64,000 nt of DNA from Pseudorhodoplanes sp. (GTDB lineage: Bacteria > Pseudomonadota > Alphaproteobacteria > Rhizobiales > Xanthobacteraceae). The DNA is taken from assembly GCA_032027085.1 (NCBI GenBank), contig JAVSMS010000001.1, positions 272,783 to 336,782 on the forward strand, given 5' to 3'. A program made the position numbers and the translations under genes. Within the stretch, counting starts at the first letter, position 1. Each line of letters opens with the position of its first letter. Of this stretch, positions 1-8,848 are shown piece after piece. Below the pieces are notes generated by a model. It did not search any database, was not told the DNA's origin, and was given only the letters and a program-made list of their open reading frames with translations.

Positions 1-995
1 CGCATCCACGCATCAACGTTGTCCCACGTCCTTTTCGGTAAGCGTGACGACCGCCCCGCCCTTGGCAAATCCAATCACGCCACGGTAGCCCTACTCGAGA
101 TCTGTAGTCGTTCGAGGGATCGAGATCGAATAGAACCATACATCCTTTGAACTTGCCCTTTATCGGACCGATCTTATTGACCGCAACCGCTTCGAACTCG
201 TGGGCCGACAGCATGTTTAATTTCTCGCAACCAGGAATGCAGGCCTTGGGATGGCAACCGGGCGGTCGCAAGAATATCGCGGCCTGTGCCAAACGCTGGA
301 TCGGAAGCAAGGCGGGCCACAAGCCAACGCGGTTTATGTGATGTGGGTTTCAAGTCTTTTCGCGATTGAAACGGCATAAACCGTCGCTGGCGGATTAACA
401 ATCAGATCCCTCAACATGACATCGCTCCGTTCATGAGCCCTTTTCTTCGGCGTGAACGCGATCGCATCGATCTTGATCGCGCACAATCCAAGGGACTCCG
501 CCGAGCGCTAGAATAACGGTAGCTGATGCAAAGATCTGTTGCGCGTTGTTATTGTTACTCGAGCGCTATGATGACCGTGAAAATCGCCCGAAGATCGCTT
601 GAAACACCGGATAATCGGTGGGGTCGAAGTCGCTCGACGCAATTACGCCGGTGCTTCATTTAGTGCGCGTAGCTCTGACTTCCTGTCGAAGGGGCATGAA
701 CCGGCTTCTCGTTTGCTTAAGCGGCACGGTCTATTTTTTGATCCGTTGATTTCTTCTCTCGGGGAACTGGTAGATCCTCTACGCCGCCGCTGCCCTACAT
801 ACGGACGGGCTGTGGGTAAAGCGTCATCAACCGCGCCCCAGTCAACAGTGCTTATGGGGCAGATAATGGGATAAGTCTGGTCGTGGAGCGGAACGTGGCC
901 GTCTTCGAGGTTAGATCAAACGATTCCCACGGCATTCGTTAAGTTGCAGACGGGCCGGGTCCCTTGAACAGCTGAGAATCTGATGTTAGGCGACG

Positions 996-1658
996 ATGGA
1001 GGGGTTTCTGTTGGAGAATTCTGACATGTCATATGTTTTGGACCCCCATGTAGACTTCGTTCGCATCGATCAAGGTGTCGATCTGCTCTTTGAAAAGATG
1101 CCCGATTTCGAAGTCCGCGGCGGACCGGCCACGATTGAAATCGGCCAACTCCCCTTGCCGCATTTCGAAACGGTGACTTTAGTCTTGCTCGTCAGCCCAC
1201 ACGATGTGCACGGAAATGGTCATGTTATCGGTCTTGCGTCAGCAAAACGCTTTCTTGCACGATCCAGCTTTGAACAAGAGTCTAGGAGCTATCCCATCGC
1301 GCAATTGGGTGGCGCGAAAGTCAGCGAGTATTCTACTGTGACGTTATCGAACGGCACTGTGATGTACGACGTCCGGCTCGATAAATATGAAATGCCTTTA
1401 GATCTCACCGACGGAGAAAGATTGGCATTGGCGTATGGATTGAGTTGGCACGAGCAAAAAGAAACTGTTGATCTCGACCTCCCGTACATGGAGATGATGA
1501 CGCGCTTAGAGGGCTTTTGCGCTCCTGCTCTGAGAAAGCTCGCGGCGTATGTCGAAAACATAAGAACACAACAGCCAGAGCTACCGTCTGTCAGCACTGA
1601 AGTGTTTCGGACAGCATTTTGGAAGACCGGGTTAAGGCGTCCCTTAAACCGCCGGTAG
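996..1658 (+). CDS. hypothetical protein
   Basis: 220-aa ORF and the only long ORF in this stretch. It sits directly upstream of the ParB-methylase gene, as ORF 50508..51194 does in module 2, but the two are not visibly similar. No recognisable motif. Confidence 0.35.
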   Translation: MEGFLLENSDMSYVLDPHVDFVRIDQGVDLLFEKMPDFEVRGGPATIEIGQLPLPHFETVTLVLLVSPHDVHGNGHVIGLASAKRFLARSSFEQESRSYPIAQLGGAKVSEYSTVTLSNGTVMYDVRLDKYEMPLDLTDGERLALAYGLSWHEQKETVDLDLPYMEMMTRLEGFCAPALRKLAAYVENIRTQQPELPSVSTEVFRTAFWKTGLRRPLNRR

Positions 1659-1751
1659 GCTCGTAAACATAGTTTCGCCCCAATTCAGCTTGTGACTGTG
1701 TCCTACAGCTGAAGCCTTTGCCAGCATGGGCTCCTGACAAGGAGTGAGTCC

Positions 1752-3161
1752 ATGGCTGAGAGAAGGCACCGACGTGCTGTGACAGCGCAGTCGTTGAAGG
1801 ATCTAGATCGACGCGCCGGGCGGAGAACGTGCGCTGATTCAGCAAGCGAGCGCAAGATTGAGCAAATCGCGCTTCGATTACTGCGGCCCTCGGGCCGCAA
1901 TGCCCGCACGCATAGCAAGAAACAGATCCGGCAGATCGCCAACAGCATTGCCAGATTCGGCTGGACCTTCCCAATTCTGATCGACGAGGACGGCAGCATT
2001 CTCGCGGGTCATGCACGTTACGAGGCTGCGATTCTGCTCGGGTTTTCCCACGCGCCGGTAATTGTCGTTTCCGACCTTAGCGGGCCGGAGAAGCGCGCCC
2101 TTATGCTGGCGGACAATCGGCTGTCTGAGAGCTCCTCCTGGGATCGCAAGCTTTTAGCTACCGAACTTACGGAACTTGCCGAGCTCCTGCCGGAAGTGGC
2201 TCTTGATCTGGACATCACCGGATTTGAGAGCGCGGAAATCGACAGCCTCCTTGCCGACTTTGCAAATCCGGATCGCGACCCGGCGGACAATTCACCGCCT
2301 CCTGAGACGAATCCGATCAGTCGGACAGGTGACGTATGGCTCCTTGGCGAACATCGACTGCTGTGCGGCAGCGCACTGGTGACTGCGGACTACAAAGCGC
2401 TCATGAAAAGGCAGCGCGCGGTGATGATGATCACCGATCCACCCTACAATGTGCGCATCAAGGACATTCAGGGCCGGGGCAAAACCAAACACCGTGAGTT
2501 CCTGCAGGCGTCCGGTGAGATGTCTTCGGTCGAGTTTCAAGAGTTCCTCCAGACCGCCCTCACCCATGCAGCCGCCTGCTCGCTAGATGGGTCGTTGCAT
2601 CTCATCTTTATGGATTGGCGGCATGCCGACGCGGTTCTCGCCGTCGGCGCAAAAGCCTTTTCCGAACTCAAGAACATCATCGTCTGGGTCAAATCGAATG
2701 GCGGACAAGGCTCGTTGTACCGTTCCCAGCATGAGTTCGTCTTCTTGTACAAGAATGGGGACGCTCCGCACGTCAACAACGTCGAGCTGGGCAAGCATGG
2801 GCGCAACCGCACCAATGTCTGGCATTACGCCGGCGTGAACACGTTTCGGGCTGGCCGAATGGATGATCTCTCAGCGCATCCGACGGTCAAGCCAGTGGCC
2901 ATGATTGCCGACGCCCTCCTCGATTGCTCGAAACGCGGCGACATTGTCCTCGATCCCTTCATGGGCTCTGGGACAACCATTATCGCGGCGGAGCGTGTCG
3001 GCCGCCGCGCCTACGGACTGGAGCTTGATCCGGCTTACGTCGACGTTGCCGTACGCCGCTGGCAAACCTTTACGCGGCGAGACGCAACACTCGAAAGCAC
3101 CGGACAGACCTTCGATGAGGTGGAAGAGAGCCGCTCCTCAGATCAGCGGACGCGCAAATGA
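1752..3161 (+). CDS. ParB-like nuclease domain / DNA methyltransferase fusion protein
   Basis: N-terminal ParB/sulfiredoxin-type region (LRPSGRNARTHSKKQIRQIANSIARFGWTFPILID...GHARYEAA). C-terminal beta-class N6A/N4C methyltransferase with DPPYN placed before FMGSGTT. Paralog at 51275..52645. Confidence 0.9.
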   Translation: MAERRHRRAVTAQSLKDLDRRAGRRTCADSASERKIEQIALRLLRPSGRNARTHSKKQIRQIANSIARFGWTFPILIDEDGSILAGHARYEAAILLGFSHAPVIVVSDLSGPEKRALMLADNRLSESSSWDRKLLATELTELAELLPEVALDLDITGFESAEIDSLLADFANPDRDPADNSPPPETNPISRTGDVWLLGEHRLLCGSALVTADYKALMKRQRAVMMITDPPYNVRIKDIQGRGKTKHREFLQASGEMSSVEFQEFLQTALTHAAACSLDGSLHLIFMDWRHADAVLAVGAKAFSELKNIIVWVKSNGGQGSLYRSQHEFVFLYKNGDAPHVNNVELGKHGRNRTNVWHYAGVNTFRAGRMDDLSAHPTVKPVAMIADALLDCSKRGDIVLDPFMGSGTTIIAAERVGRRAYGLELDPAYVDVAVRRWQTFTRRDATLESTGQTFDEVEESRSSDQRTRK

Positions 3162-3595
3162 GCCGGTGCAAAGGAAAATCTTCAGTTCCGGGAAAGCGCA
3201 ACAAAAGCCCACGTGCCGGCCGCCGCGACTGTGACGTGGGCTATTGCCGCCCGCCCCGGAAGCACCAGTTTCAGCCGGGGCAGAGCGGCAATCCGAAAGG
3301 CCGCCCCAGAGGATCCAAGAACGAGTCGACGATCCTACGCGAAATACTGAACCGCAAGCTACAAACGACCAACGGCGGTCGGTCTCGAAAAATCACGTTA
3401 CTTGAAGGTGTGCTTCTGCGCGTCGCCGAAGATGCCCTCAAAGGCAACGTCAAGAGTGCGGCTTTCCTGCTCAATCGTTACGGGACGATGGTCTCAGGCG
3501 ACATTAGGCCCGGCGAGCTAGGCGAGGACGACCAAGAGGTCCTGGACGCCTTCCTCCACCGTGCAATGTCAATGCCATCCAAGAGTAAACCATGA
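3158..3595 (+). CDS. DUF5681-type phage-associated protein (possible small terminase-like partner)
   Basis: 145 aa. ATGA overlaps with both neighbours. Basic N-terminus with the GQSGNPKGRPRGSKN motif typical of DUF5681 proteins. It sits in the position immediately upstream of TerL. Paralog at 52635..53072. Confidence 0.6.
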   Translation: MSRCKGKSSVPGKRNKSPRAGRRDCDVGYCRPPRKHQFQPGQSGNPKGRPRGSKNESTILREILNRKLQTTNGGRSRKITLLEGVLLRVAEDALKGNVKSAAFLLNRYGTMVSGDIRPGELGEDDQEVLDAFLHRAMSMPSKSKP

Positions 3596-4993
3596 ACGAG
3601 CTTGACCAGTCGGTATTCGATGCAGCACTTCGCACTGATTTTACCGCATTTCTGCATCGGTGTTTCCTCGCGCTCAATCCAGGCACCGAGTTCAAGAGCA
3701 ACTGGCACATTGAGGCAATCGCATACAAGCTGGAGCGCGCCCGGCGGGGCGAGATCCCTCGCCTCATCATCAACCTGCCGCCGCGCCACCTGAAATCGAT
3801 CATGGTATCGGTTGCCTTGCCGGCCTTTTTGCTTGGCCACGATCCGCGCCGCAAAATCATGTGCCTGAGCTACAGCGCAGATCTGTCGACCAAACATGCA
3901 GCAGACTTTCGCGCCATCGTCACCTCGGAGTGGTACCGCCGAGCTTTTCCCAAGATGCAGATCAGGCGGGAGACCGATACCGAAATCCACACATCAGAGC
4001 GCGGATATCGGAGGGCAACGTCTGTCTACGCATCCCTCACCGGATTCGGCGGCGATTTCTTTATTATCGACGACCCTCAAAAGCCGGTCGATGCGCAGTC
4101 CGAGGCCCATCGAAATTCACTGAATCAATGGTTCGACAATACGCTCATTTCTCGGCTCGATAACAAGGAAACCGGCGTCATCATCGTTGTCATGCAGCGC
4201 GTTCACTTGAACGACCTGACAGGATACCTGACCGAAACGTCACAGGACTGGATCGTTCTGAACCTGGCGGCCATTGCGGAAGCCGATGAGCACGTCCCGA
4301 TCGGCGACGGCAGCTATCCATTTTCGGCGCGCCGGCGAAGCCCTGCATCCCGAACATGAATCCCTCGAGACCCTCCAGAAACTCCGTCAGCAAGTCGGTT
4401 CTGATATATTTTCGGCACAGTACCAGCAGGCGCCTGTTCCGCTCGGCGGCGGAATGATCAAGCGAGAGTGGCTGCGCTTTTATAAAGAAGCGCCCGAGCG
4501 CATTTCCCGCGCGAAAATCATCCAGAGCTGGGACACCGCGTCAAAGAGCGGGGCTCAGAACGACTGGTCGGTGTGCACCACCTGGCTGGTCCTGGACAAG
4601 CATTACTATCTGCTGGATCTAAGGCGCGGCCGTTTCGAGTATCCGCAGTTGCGCGACGCTGCCATTCAGCTGGCCGCAGAATTTAGACCGAATGCAGTGC
4701 TGATCGAGGACGCCTCGGCCGGGACCGCCTTGGCCCAAGACATCAAGCGACTCGTTCACGTCCCTGTCAAACTTATCCGGCCGGAGCACGACAAGATTGG
4801 ACGCGTCTACGTTCAGCAGGCAAAGTTCGAGCAGGGCCTTGTGCTCTTTCCCGAGGGGGCGCCGTTTCTGCCGGAGCTTCTTTCTGAACTGCTTACTTTT
4901 CCCCAAGGCAAACACGACGATCAGCTTGACAGCGTCAGCCAGGCTCTGGCCTTCAAGAGCTTCGGCTACGACCCGACCTTCAGTTGGCTGTGA
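3592..4993 (+). pseudogene. terminase large subunit family gene, disrupted by a +1 frameshift near 4318
   Basis: ORFs 3592..4359 and 4274..4993 together align end to end with the intact 479-aa paralog 53062..54501 (LIINLPPRHLKS, FIIDDP, VMQRVHLNDL, YQQAPVP, FPQGKHDDQLD). The reading frame changes between TAT (4315-4317) and CAT (4319-4321). Confidence 0.8.
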
Positions 4994-5646
4994 TGGAGAC
5001 CATACGCAGCAAATTCGACCACCGCTGCCACCCCGGTCACGTAGTGATTTCATTCTTCGGTCTTCGGGCCGAACCTCAAGCAAACGTACCGAAGTTAAAA
5101 AGTGGTGGCGTTTCTCGTTATAGCTGAGCGCCTGATCGCAACGATTGCAAAGGCCCCACCCTATATTGCTATTATGATGTACTCGTCCAAGACTCTCAAT
5201 GTAACAGCGCTTGTGATTGCGACAGCGCTAGCTGCCATAATTGGCTCTTGGCTGTTTCGCCAGGGAAAACCGCAGGAGTTACACGAGCGGCCTGCAATGT
5301 GCCACGAACTGGATCTTTCTCTCGACCTGCGGAACGATGGACGCCTTTCTATGCAGTCGCAGGAAGATCGCGACCAACGATGCAATCGAGTAATGCGGGG
5401 TATTCCGCGCTGAGCTCCCTCGTGGCTCAGCAATCGTTGGACGGATGGCGCGCGAACGCTCAATCATCGTCTCTTGAAGTACGACGCCCGCCAGTACAAT
5501 TACCGCCGCGGCTAACTCGCCAATGCAGTCGGAGTGTCCTTCGTACGCAGAGAATAGGAAATGTCGCGGCGACCGGAAAAAGGCACGAAGGCCCGCCAAA
5601 GCCGGAAGATGTCGCCGGGTCCTCCTCTAACGACGGCGATTCTTGG

Positions 5647-6000
5647 TATCCGCAGCTACACGACGCTGCCATTCAGCTGGCCGCAGAATTCAAGCCGAAT
5701 GCTGTGCTGATTGAAGATGCTTCGGCCGGAACTGCCTTGGCGCAAGATATCAAGCGAATCGTCCACGTCCCGGTCAAGCTGATCCGGCCGGACCATGACA
5801 AGATTGGGCGCGTCTATGTCCAACAGGCGAAGTTCGAGCAGGGCCTTGTGCTCTTTCCGGAAGGGGCGCCGTTTCTGCCGGAGCTTCTTTCTGAACTGCT
5901 CACGTTCCCCCAAGGCAGACACGACGACCAGGTCGACAGCATCTGTCAGGCTCTGGCCTTCAAGAACTTTGGCTACGACACGACCTTCAGTTGGCTGTGA
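5647..6000 (+). pseudogene. duplicated 3' fragment of a terminase large subunit gene (last ~117 codons)
   Basis: YPQLHDAAIQLAAEFKPNAVLIEDASAG...FPQGRHDDQVDSICQALAFKNFGYDTTFSWL is a near-copy of 4640..4993. The upstream part of ORF 5248..6000 is not protein-like. Confidence 0.8.
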
Positions 6001-6024
6001 TGGCCATCATACGCACCCCTGCCC

Positions 6025-7086
6025 TCAACCGGCCGGATCTGGGCTTAGGCCGACCACGCCAAGCGCTCTGATCCTGGCAGCAAAAACCCGGTGCAAATCG
6101 TTCAATCGATCGGCCAGCCAGCGGTGCTGGCGCGGCCAGTCATCGGTGTCTTCTGGATCAGCGACGTCGAGTTGTATGAAGACACGGCTGCTATTCTGGT
6201 CATCGGCCACCTCATCCCAGATGAGCGGGTAACTCAGCTCGCGCTCGATCTGATCGCGGTGCTTGAGCAGGAGGTCGAAATAACTTTTCGCATTCCGCGC
6301 GGCGACGTAGAGTTCGGCACGCACCTGATCCTTGGTCCGGAGCATAACCGCGCGAAGATAAAAGCCACTACGCCCGGTTGGATAGCTCATCAAGCGCCGT
6401 GGCTGAGGCCGCTTGTTTCCGGCGACGGGACCACCTGTTGCGTCAAGGACCTCATTCAGAGCCATCCAGTAATCGCGCTGCATAAGCCGGATGTTTGTGA
6501 GCTCCGCGTCATCGATCGTCCGCGCAGCATGCGCCATCGACCGCGACCAGCCATTTGGCTGTGAAACGACATTGAATTTTGGGGCACGCAGCGAATTTTC
6601 GATACGCCACAATTCAACTTCAAGACCAAAGAAACGGAATCCGTCGTTTGTGATTCTGTTGAGCCAATCGAGGGTAGCTCGATGTTCGTCGGTAAAGCGC
6701 GCTGCAATCCAGATGATAGTGAGCGCGTCAAGTCCGGAGGCATATGTCAGAGCCTGGCCGAGATGACCATGATCGGTTCTCTCCAGCTGATTCTCGATCA
6801 GCACCCAATTCTCATCTTCATCCCGGCACAGGAGGTCTGCCTGGAATAAACCCACCGATCGTTCTCTTGCGACTGGTTCTAGCTGAAGACCCAATGCATC
6901 ACCGAGAATTGCAAGGTTTTCAAGCCGCGCGAGCCACGGCGTGAATTCTGTCGCCTCATGCGCCCAGGCCTCGCGCAGATCGCACTGTTCGAGCCGCCCA
7001 AGACCGCTCCCCGGTTTACCCCGCGCAGAATCGGTCAGATCGGCCGTCGTGACTAAGGTCATGATCTGCCTCCTTCCAGCCGACAC
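6025..7086 (-). CDS. DUF4268 domain protein with N-terminal NucS/PD-(D/E)XK-like domain
   Basis: 353 aa. WVLIENQLERTDHGHLGQALTYASGLDALTIIWIAARFTDEHRATLDWLN is the signature N-terminal block of this family. The C-terminal half (DYWMAL...YFDLLLKHRDQIERELSYPLIWD) is DUF4268-like. Confidence 0.7.
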   Translation of the reverse strand: MSAGRRQIMTLVTTADLTDSARGKPGSGLGRLEQCDLREAWAHEATEFTPWLARLENLAILGDALGLQLEPVARERSVGLFQADLLCRDEDENWVLIENQLERTDHGHLGQALTYASGLDALTIIWIAARFTDEHRATLDWLNRITNDGFRFFGLEVELWRIENSLRAPKFNVVSQPNGWSRSMAHAARTIDDAELTNIRLMQRDYWMALNEVLDATGGPVAGNKRPQPRRLMSYPTGRSGFYLRAVMLRTKDQVRAELYVAARNAKSYFDLLLKHRDQIERELSYPLIWDEVADDQNSSRVFIQLDVADPEDTDDWPRQHRWLADRLNDLHRVFAARIRALGVVGLSPDPAG

Positions 7087-7124
7087 ATCGCTCGAACGGC
7101 CGGTGCCTTCCAGCCCAACCTGAC

Positions 7125-7136
7125 ATCAGCGCTGAT
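7125..7136. promoter_or_regulatory. perfect 12-bp palindrome ATCAGCGCTGAT in a divergent intergenic region (candidate operator)
   Basis: Read directly from the sequence. It lies between the start of the minus-strand gene 6025..7086 and the XRE regulator gene 7254..7529. Confidence 0.3.
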
Positions 7137-7253
7137 AATCAGCAGATAATGGTGAATAGACATCCCAAAATGTGATGGCTCGCCAGTCAATGGATGCGAC
7201 AGAAAGAATTCAAGGTTAATCCTTTTATGGGATAATCCGAATCCGGGATCAGA

Positions 7254-7529
7254 TTGCCGCGCGTCATGGCTCCCCGGGCGCGCGGTCTCGTCAAAACCCT
7301 TCATCAGCCTGAATACCAGGCGCTTTGTGCCATGCTGGCCGACGCCCGGCGCAAGGCCGGTCTCAGCCAGCAGATCGTGGCCAAGCGCCTCAAGCGTCCG
7401 CAATCCTTTGTCGCCAAATACGAGGGCGGCGAGCGGCGTTTGGATGTCATTGAGTTCTTAGGCGTTTCGGAGGCGATCGGGGCTGATCCGGTCAAACTCT
7501 TGCGCGGCCTCATGCGCCAGATCGGCTGA
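7254..7529 (+). CDS. XRE-family helix-turn-helix transcriptional regulator
   Basis: 91 aa. LSQQIVAKRLKRPQSFVAKYEGGERRLDVIEFL is a typical HTH_XRE core. Confidence 0.8.
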   Translation: MPRVMAPRARGLVKTLHQPEYQALCAMLADARRKAGLSQQIVAKRLKRPQSFVAKYEGGERRLDVIEFLGVSEAIGADPVKLLRGLMRQIG

Positions 7530-7550
7530 TAAGTCTTTTCCGATCACAAG

Positions 7551-7877
7551 ATGCTCGCACTGGCCGTCAATGAGCCAGAAGATTGCTCATTTCGGCCTCG
7601 ACTTCTTCGCGCGGCAGAGCGTGTGTGGTTCCAACAAGGGACCGAGACCGCCATGGACCGCAGCGCGACAGACATCGCCATTCACAGTTTCCTCGTCGAA
7701 ATGCGGAGCCGGCTGTCAGAGGCCGGCAGCATCGCCACAGCGGCAGAGGCCTGTGCAGCGGCCGGCAATCTGGAAAAGGCGGTCGAAGTCGCACTGGACA
7801 TCGAGCAGCTCACCTATGAGGCGAGCCGGCTGCTCGATGCAGCAAGCCTTCTGCAACGGATCAAGCAGCAGGAATAA
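7551..7877 (+). CDS. conserved hypothetical protein (paralog of 54958..55233)
   Basis: The region from MDRSATD (internal Met at 7653) onward aligns with DRSATKALLKQELKD...AAAGEIAELA of the module-2 ORF. The true start is uncertain. Confidence 0.45.
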   Translation: MLALAVNEPEDCSFRPRLLRAAERVWFQQGTETAMDRSATDIAIHSFLVEMRSRLSEAGSIATAAEACAAAGNLEKAVEVALDIEQLTYEASRLLDAASLLQRIKQQE

Positions 7878-7889
7878 CAAGCACCAAGG

Positions 7890-8387
7890 GTGGACTTGGG
7901 CGCCGCGCGTGCTTGGCATGGCGCGGCCGTGGTGGTGACGGCGCATGCCGTCGCAGCCATGGAGCATGCAATGATCGCAAAGCGTCTCAAAGACACGCAG
8001 CAAAACGGCACTTCGGGCGCGCCCGCAAGAGCCGATCAACACAAGCAAAACAAGAACACAGGACGCGCTCGCGGGCCCGGCCGGCCGGCTAAACGCAAAC
8101 GGCCGCCGATGTCGGCTCAGACCCGCGCCGGATCCAAGCAGGAAAAGGTGGTCGCCCTGCTCTCGCGCCCGGAAGGCGCCAGTGTCAGCGTCATCATGAA
8201 GATGACAGGCTGGCAAAGACATTCGGTACATGGATTCTTTTCCGGAGTCCTGCGCAAGCGACTGAAATTCAAGGTCGAGCACACCGGCGAAGGCGATAAG
8301 ACCATCTACCGCATCGCGAGCGGTTCGGGCAGCACAAAGATACGACACCCCGAAAGGTCTGATCGTCCGCGTCAGGGCAAGCGCTGA
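7890..8387 (+). CDS. DUF3489 domain protein
   Basis: SKQEKVVALLSRPEGASVSVIMKMTGWQRHSVHGFFSGVLRKRLKF is the DUF3489 signature. Paralog at 55294..55773. The N-terminal start is uncertain. Confidence 0.7.
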   Translation: MDLGAARAWHGAAVVVTAHAVAAMEHAMIAKRLKDTQQNGTSGAPARADQHKQNKNTGRARGPGRPAKRKRPPMSAQTRAGSKQEKVVALLSRPEGASVSVIMKMTGWQRHSVHGFFSGVLRKRLKFKVEHTGEGDKTIYRIASGSGSTKIRHPERSDRPRQGKR

Positions 8388-8848
8388 TGCCGGCGGATGT
8401 TGACGAAGCTATCGAAGCCGAGCTCGCTCGGCTTCGATCCATGCCGAAGGTCGAACTTCGTCAGCGCTACCGGGCGACGTTCAAGGTCGATCCGCCAAAA
8501 GCTTTCGGGCCGGACCTGCTGCGGCGGAGCCTCGCCTATCGCATCCAGGAACAAGCCTTTGGCGGGCTCGATGCCGCGACGAGGCGCATGCTGAATAACC
8601 TGATCTCCCAGCACAGCAAGGGCAAGGACGGCCGCATCGTCATGCCCCGTCGCATTAAGCCTGGCGCCGTCCTGGTGCGGGAATGGAAAGGCCAGAGCCA
8701 TCGGGTCATGGTTCTCCAGGACGGCTTTGCCTACGAGGGAAAACCCTTCGCAAGCCTCTCGGAGATCGCCCGCCTGATCACAGGCGCACGCTGGAACGGA
8801 CCTCGCTTCTTCGGGCTGCGGGACAATGGCGGGGAGGCGAAACCGTGA
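8387..8848 (+). CDS. DUF2924 domain protein
   Basis: 153 aa. Its start overlaps the upstream stop, and its stop overlaps the recombinase GTG start. LRQRYRATFKVDPPKAFGPDLLRRSLAYRIQEQAFGGL...FEGKPFASLSEIARLITGARWNGPRFFGL. Paralog at 55773..56234. Confidence 0.75.
   Translation: MPADVDEAIEAELARLRSMPKVELRQRYRATFKVDPPKAFGPDLLRRSLAYRIQEQAFGGLDAATRRMLNNLISQHSKGKDGRIVMPRRIKPGAVLVREWKGQSHRVMVLQDGFAYEGKPFASLSEIARLITGARWNGPRFFGLRDNGGEAKP

Noticed and set aside
1-420. Minus-strand coding fragments at the left edge (MLSAHEFEAVAVNKIGPIKGKF... and ...GYRGVIGFAKGGAVVTLTEKDVGQR*), plus a 7-bp inverted repeat GTTTCAA-N12-TTGAAAC at about 349..374
   Set aside because: The two pieces are in different frames and separated by a stop. 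No family is recognisable and part runs off the window. The hairpin has no U-tract or evident partner feature.
5102-5413. 103-aa hydrophobic ORF in the insert between the two TerL 3' copies
   Set aside because: It has one or two hydrophobic stretches but no RBS or family match that I can see, and its composition differs from the surroundings. That is not enough evidence to call a gene.
5248-6000. 250-aa ORF as an intact gene
   Set aside because: Only the last ~117 residues are protein-like (the TerL C-terminus duplicate). The N-terminal part is Arg/Ser/Pro-rich read-through of an unrelated insert.
8683-8844. Upstream extension of the recombinase ORF (the ORF-track start)
   Set aside because: It overlaps the DUF2924 gene in another frame and is absent from the paralog. 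GTG 8845 with a GTGA stop/start overlap fits better.
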